Shown: positions 56,945-57,055 of the stretch, one piece after another | Layout: each line of letters opens with the position of its first letter | How positions within the stretch are numbered: the stretch's first letter is position 1 | From: an uncultured bacterium | GTDB taxonomy: Bacteria; Bacillota_I; Bacilli_A; RF39; UBA660 | Assembly: GCA_949291455.1 (NCBI GenBank) | Contig: CASEVQ010000004.1 | Span: 1-57,055, forward strand | Direction: 5' to 3' | Length of the DNA: 57,055 nt | Translations under genes and position numbers: made by a program | Notes under the pieces: generated by a model | Seen by the model: only the letters and a program-made list of their open reading frames with translations | The model's database searches: none | What the model was told of the DNA's origin: nothing

Positions 56945-57055
56945 ATGAAGAATAAAAAAGGATTTACTTTAATAGAACTATTAGCAGTAATAATAATATT
57001 AGGAATATTAATGATAATAGCAATACCAGCAGTAACAGAGTATATATCATCATCA
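56945..57055 (+). CDS. prepilin-type N-terminal cleavage/methylation domain protein; 3' part beyond the window
   Basis: Own translation: MKNKKGFTLIELLAVIIILGILMIIAIPAVTEYISSS. RBS AGGAGTG lies 5 nt upstream. G|FTLIE class III signal. Confidence 0.8.
   Translation, partial: MKNKKGFTLIELLAVIIILGILMIIAIPAVTEYISSS

Noticed and set aside
1-57055. I looked for prophage, transposon, integrase, toxin-antitoxin, restriction-modification or other defence-island content.
   Set aside because: Every sizeable ORF is a recognisable housekeeping, sporulation or transport gene in conserved origin-region synteny. No recombinase or IS-like terminal repeats were seen.

Overview
This window is the chromosomal replication-origin region of a very AT-rich, endospore-forming Bacillota genome. 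Gene order is Bacillus-like; the taxon cannot be fixed from sequence alone. There is a complete strand switch at about 35.0-35.3 kb. Everything to the left is on the minus strand: dnaA-dnaN-comK-recF-gyrB-gyrA-ffs-tadA-[repeat array]-dnaX-ybaB-recR-bofA-holB-ricT-pth-mfd-spoVT-dut-metG-tatD-rsmA-yabG-veg-spoVG-yabP-yabQ-asnB-DHH-rplI-dnaB-M23-yycJ-rlmH. Everything to the right is on the plus strand: rpmH-rnpA-yidC-jag-mnmE-mnmG-rsmG-noc-soj-spo0J-DUF951-abgT-ychF-rpsF-ssb-rpsR-divIC-tilS-ftsH-dusB-RDD-yfcC. DnaA-box clusters flank dnaA, giving a bipartite oriC. The RNA elements are a minimal SRP RNA with its own near-consensus promoter and two T-box leaders (an Asn-type candidate before asnB and a Met-type before dut-metG). 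I saw no rRNA, tRNA, CRISPR, transposase, integrase or phage genes. The stand-out feature is at 24912-25592, between tadA and dnaX. It holds about 8 tandem copies of an 82-bp unit. Each unit carries one consensus ParB parS site (TGTTACACGTGAAACA on the minus strand) and one perfect Noc-binding site (TATTTCCCGGGAAATA), in strict alternation. This is a plasmid-sopC-like centromere array that interleaves the sites of both chromosomal ParB-family paralogs encoded 16-20 kb away. The noc gene itself is atypical: it has no N-terminal extension where the Bacillus membrane-targeting helix sits, and it carries a roughly 250-aa Asn/Ser-rich insertion. Other points of interest: a ComK-family gene in the dnaN-recF slot; paralogous prepilin genes in inverted orientation at both window edges; evidence of an origin-spanning inversion relative to Bacillus gene order; and a dUTPase gene inside a Met T-box-controlled metG operon.
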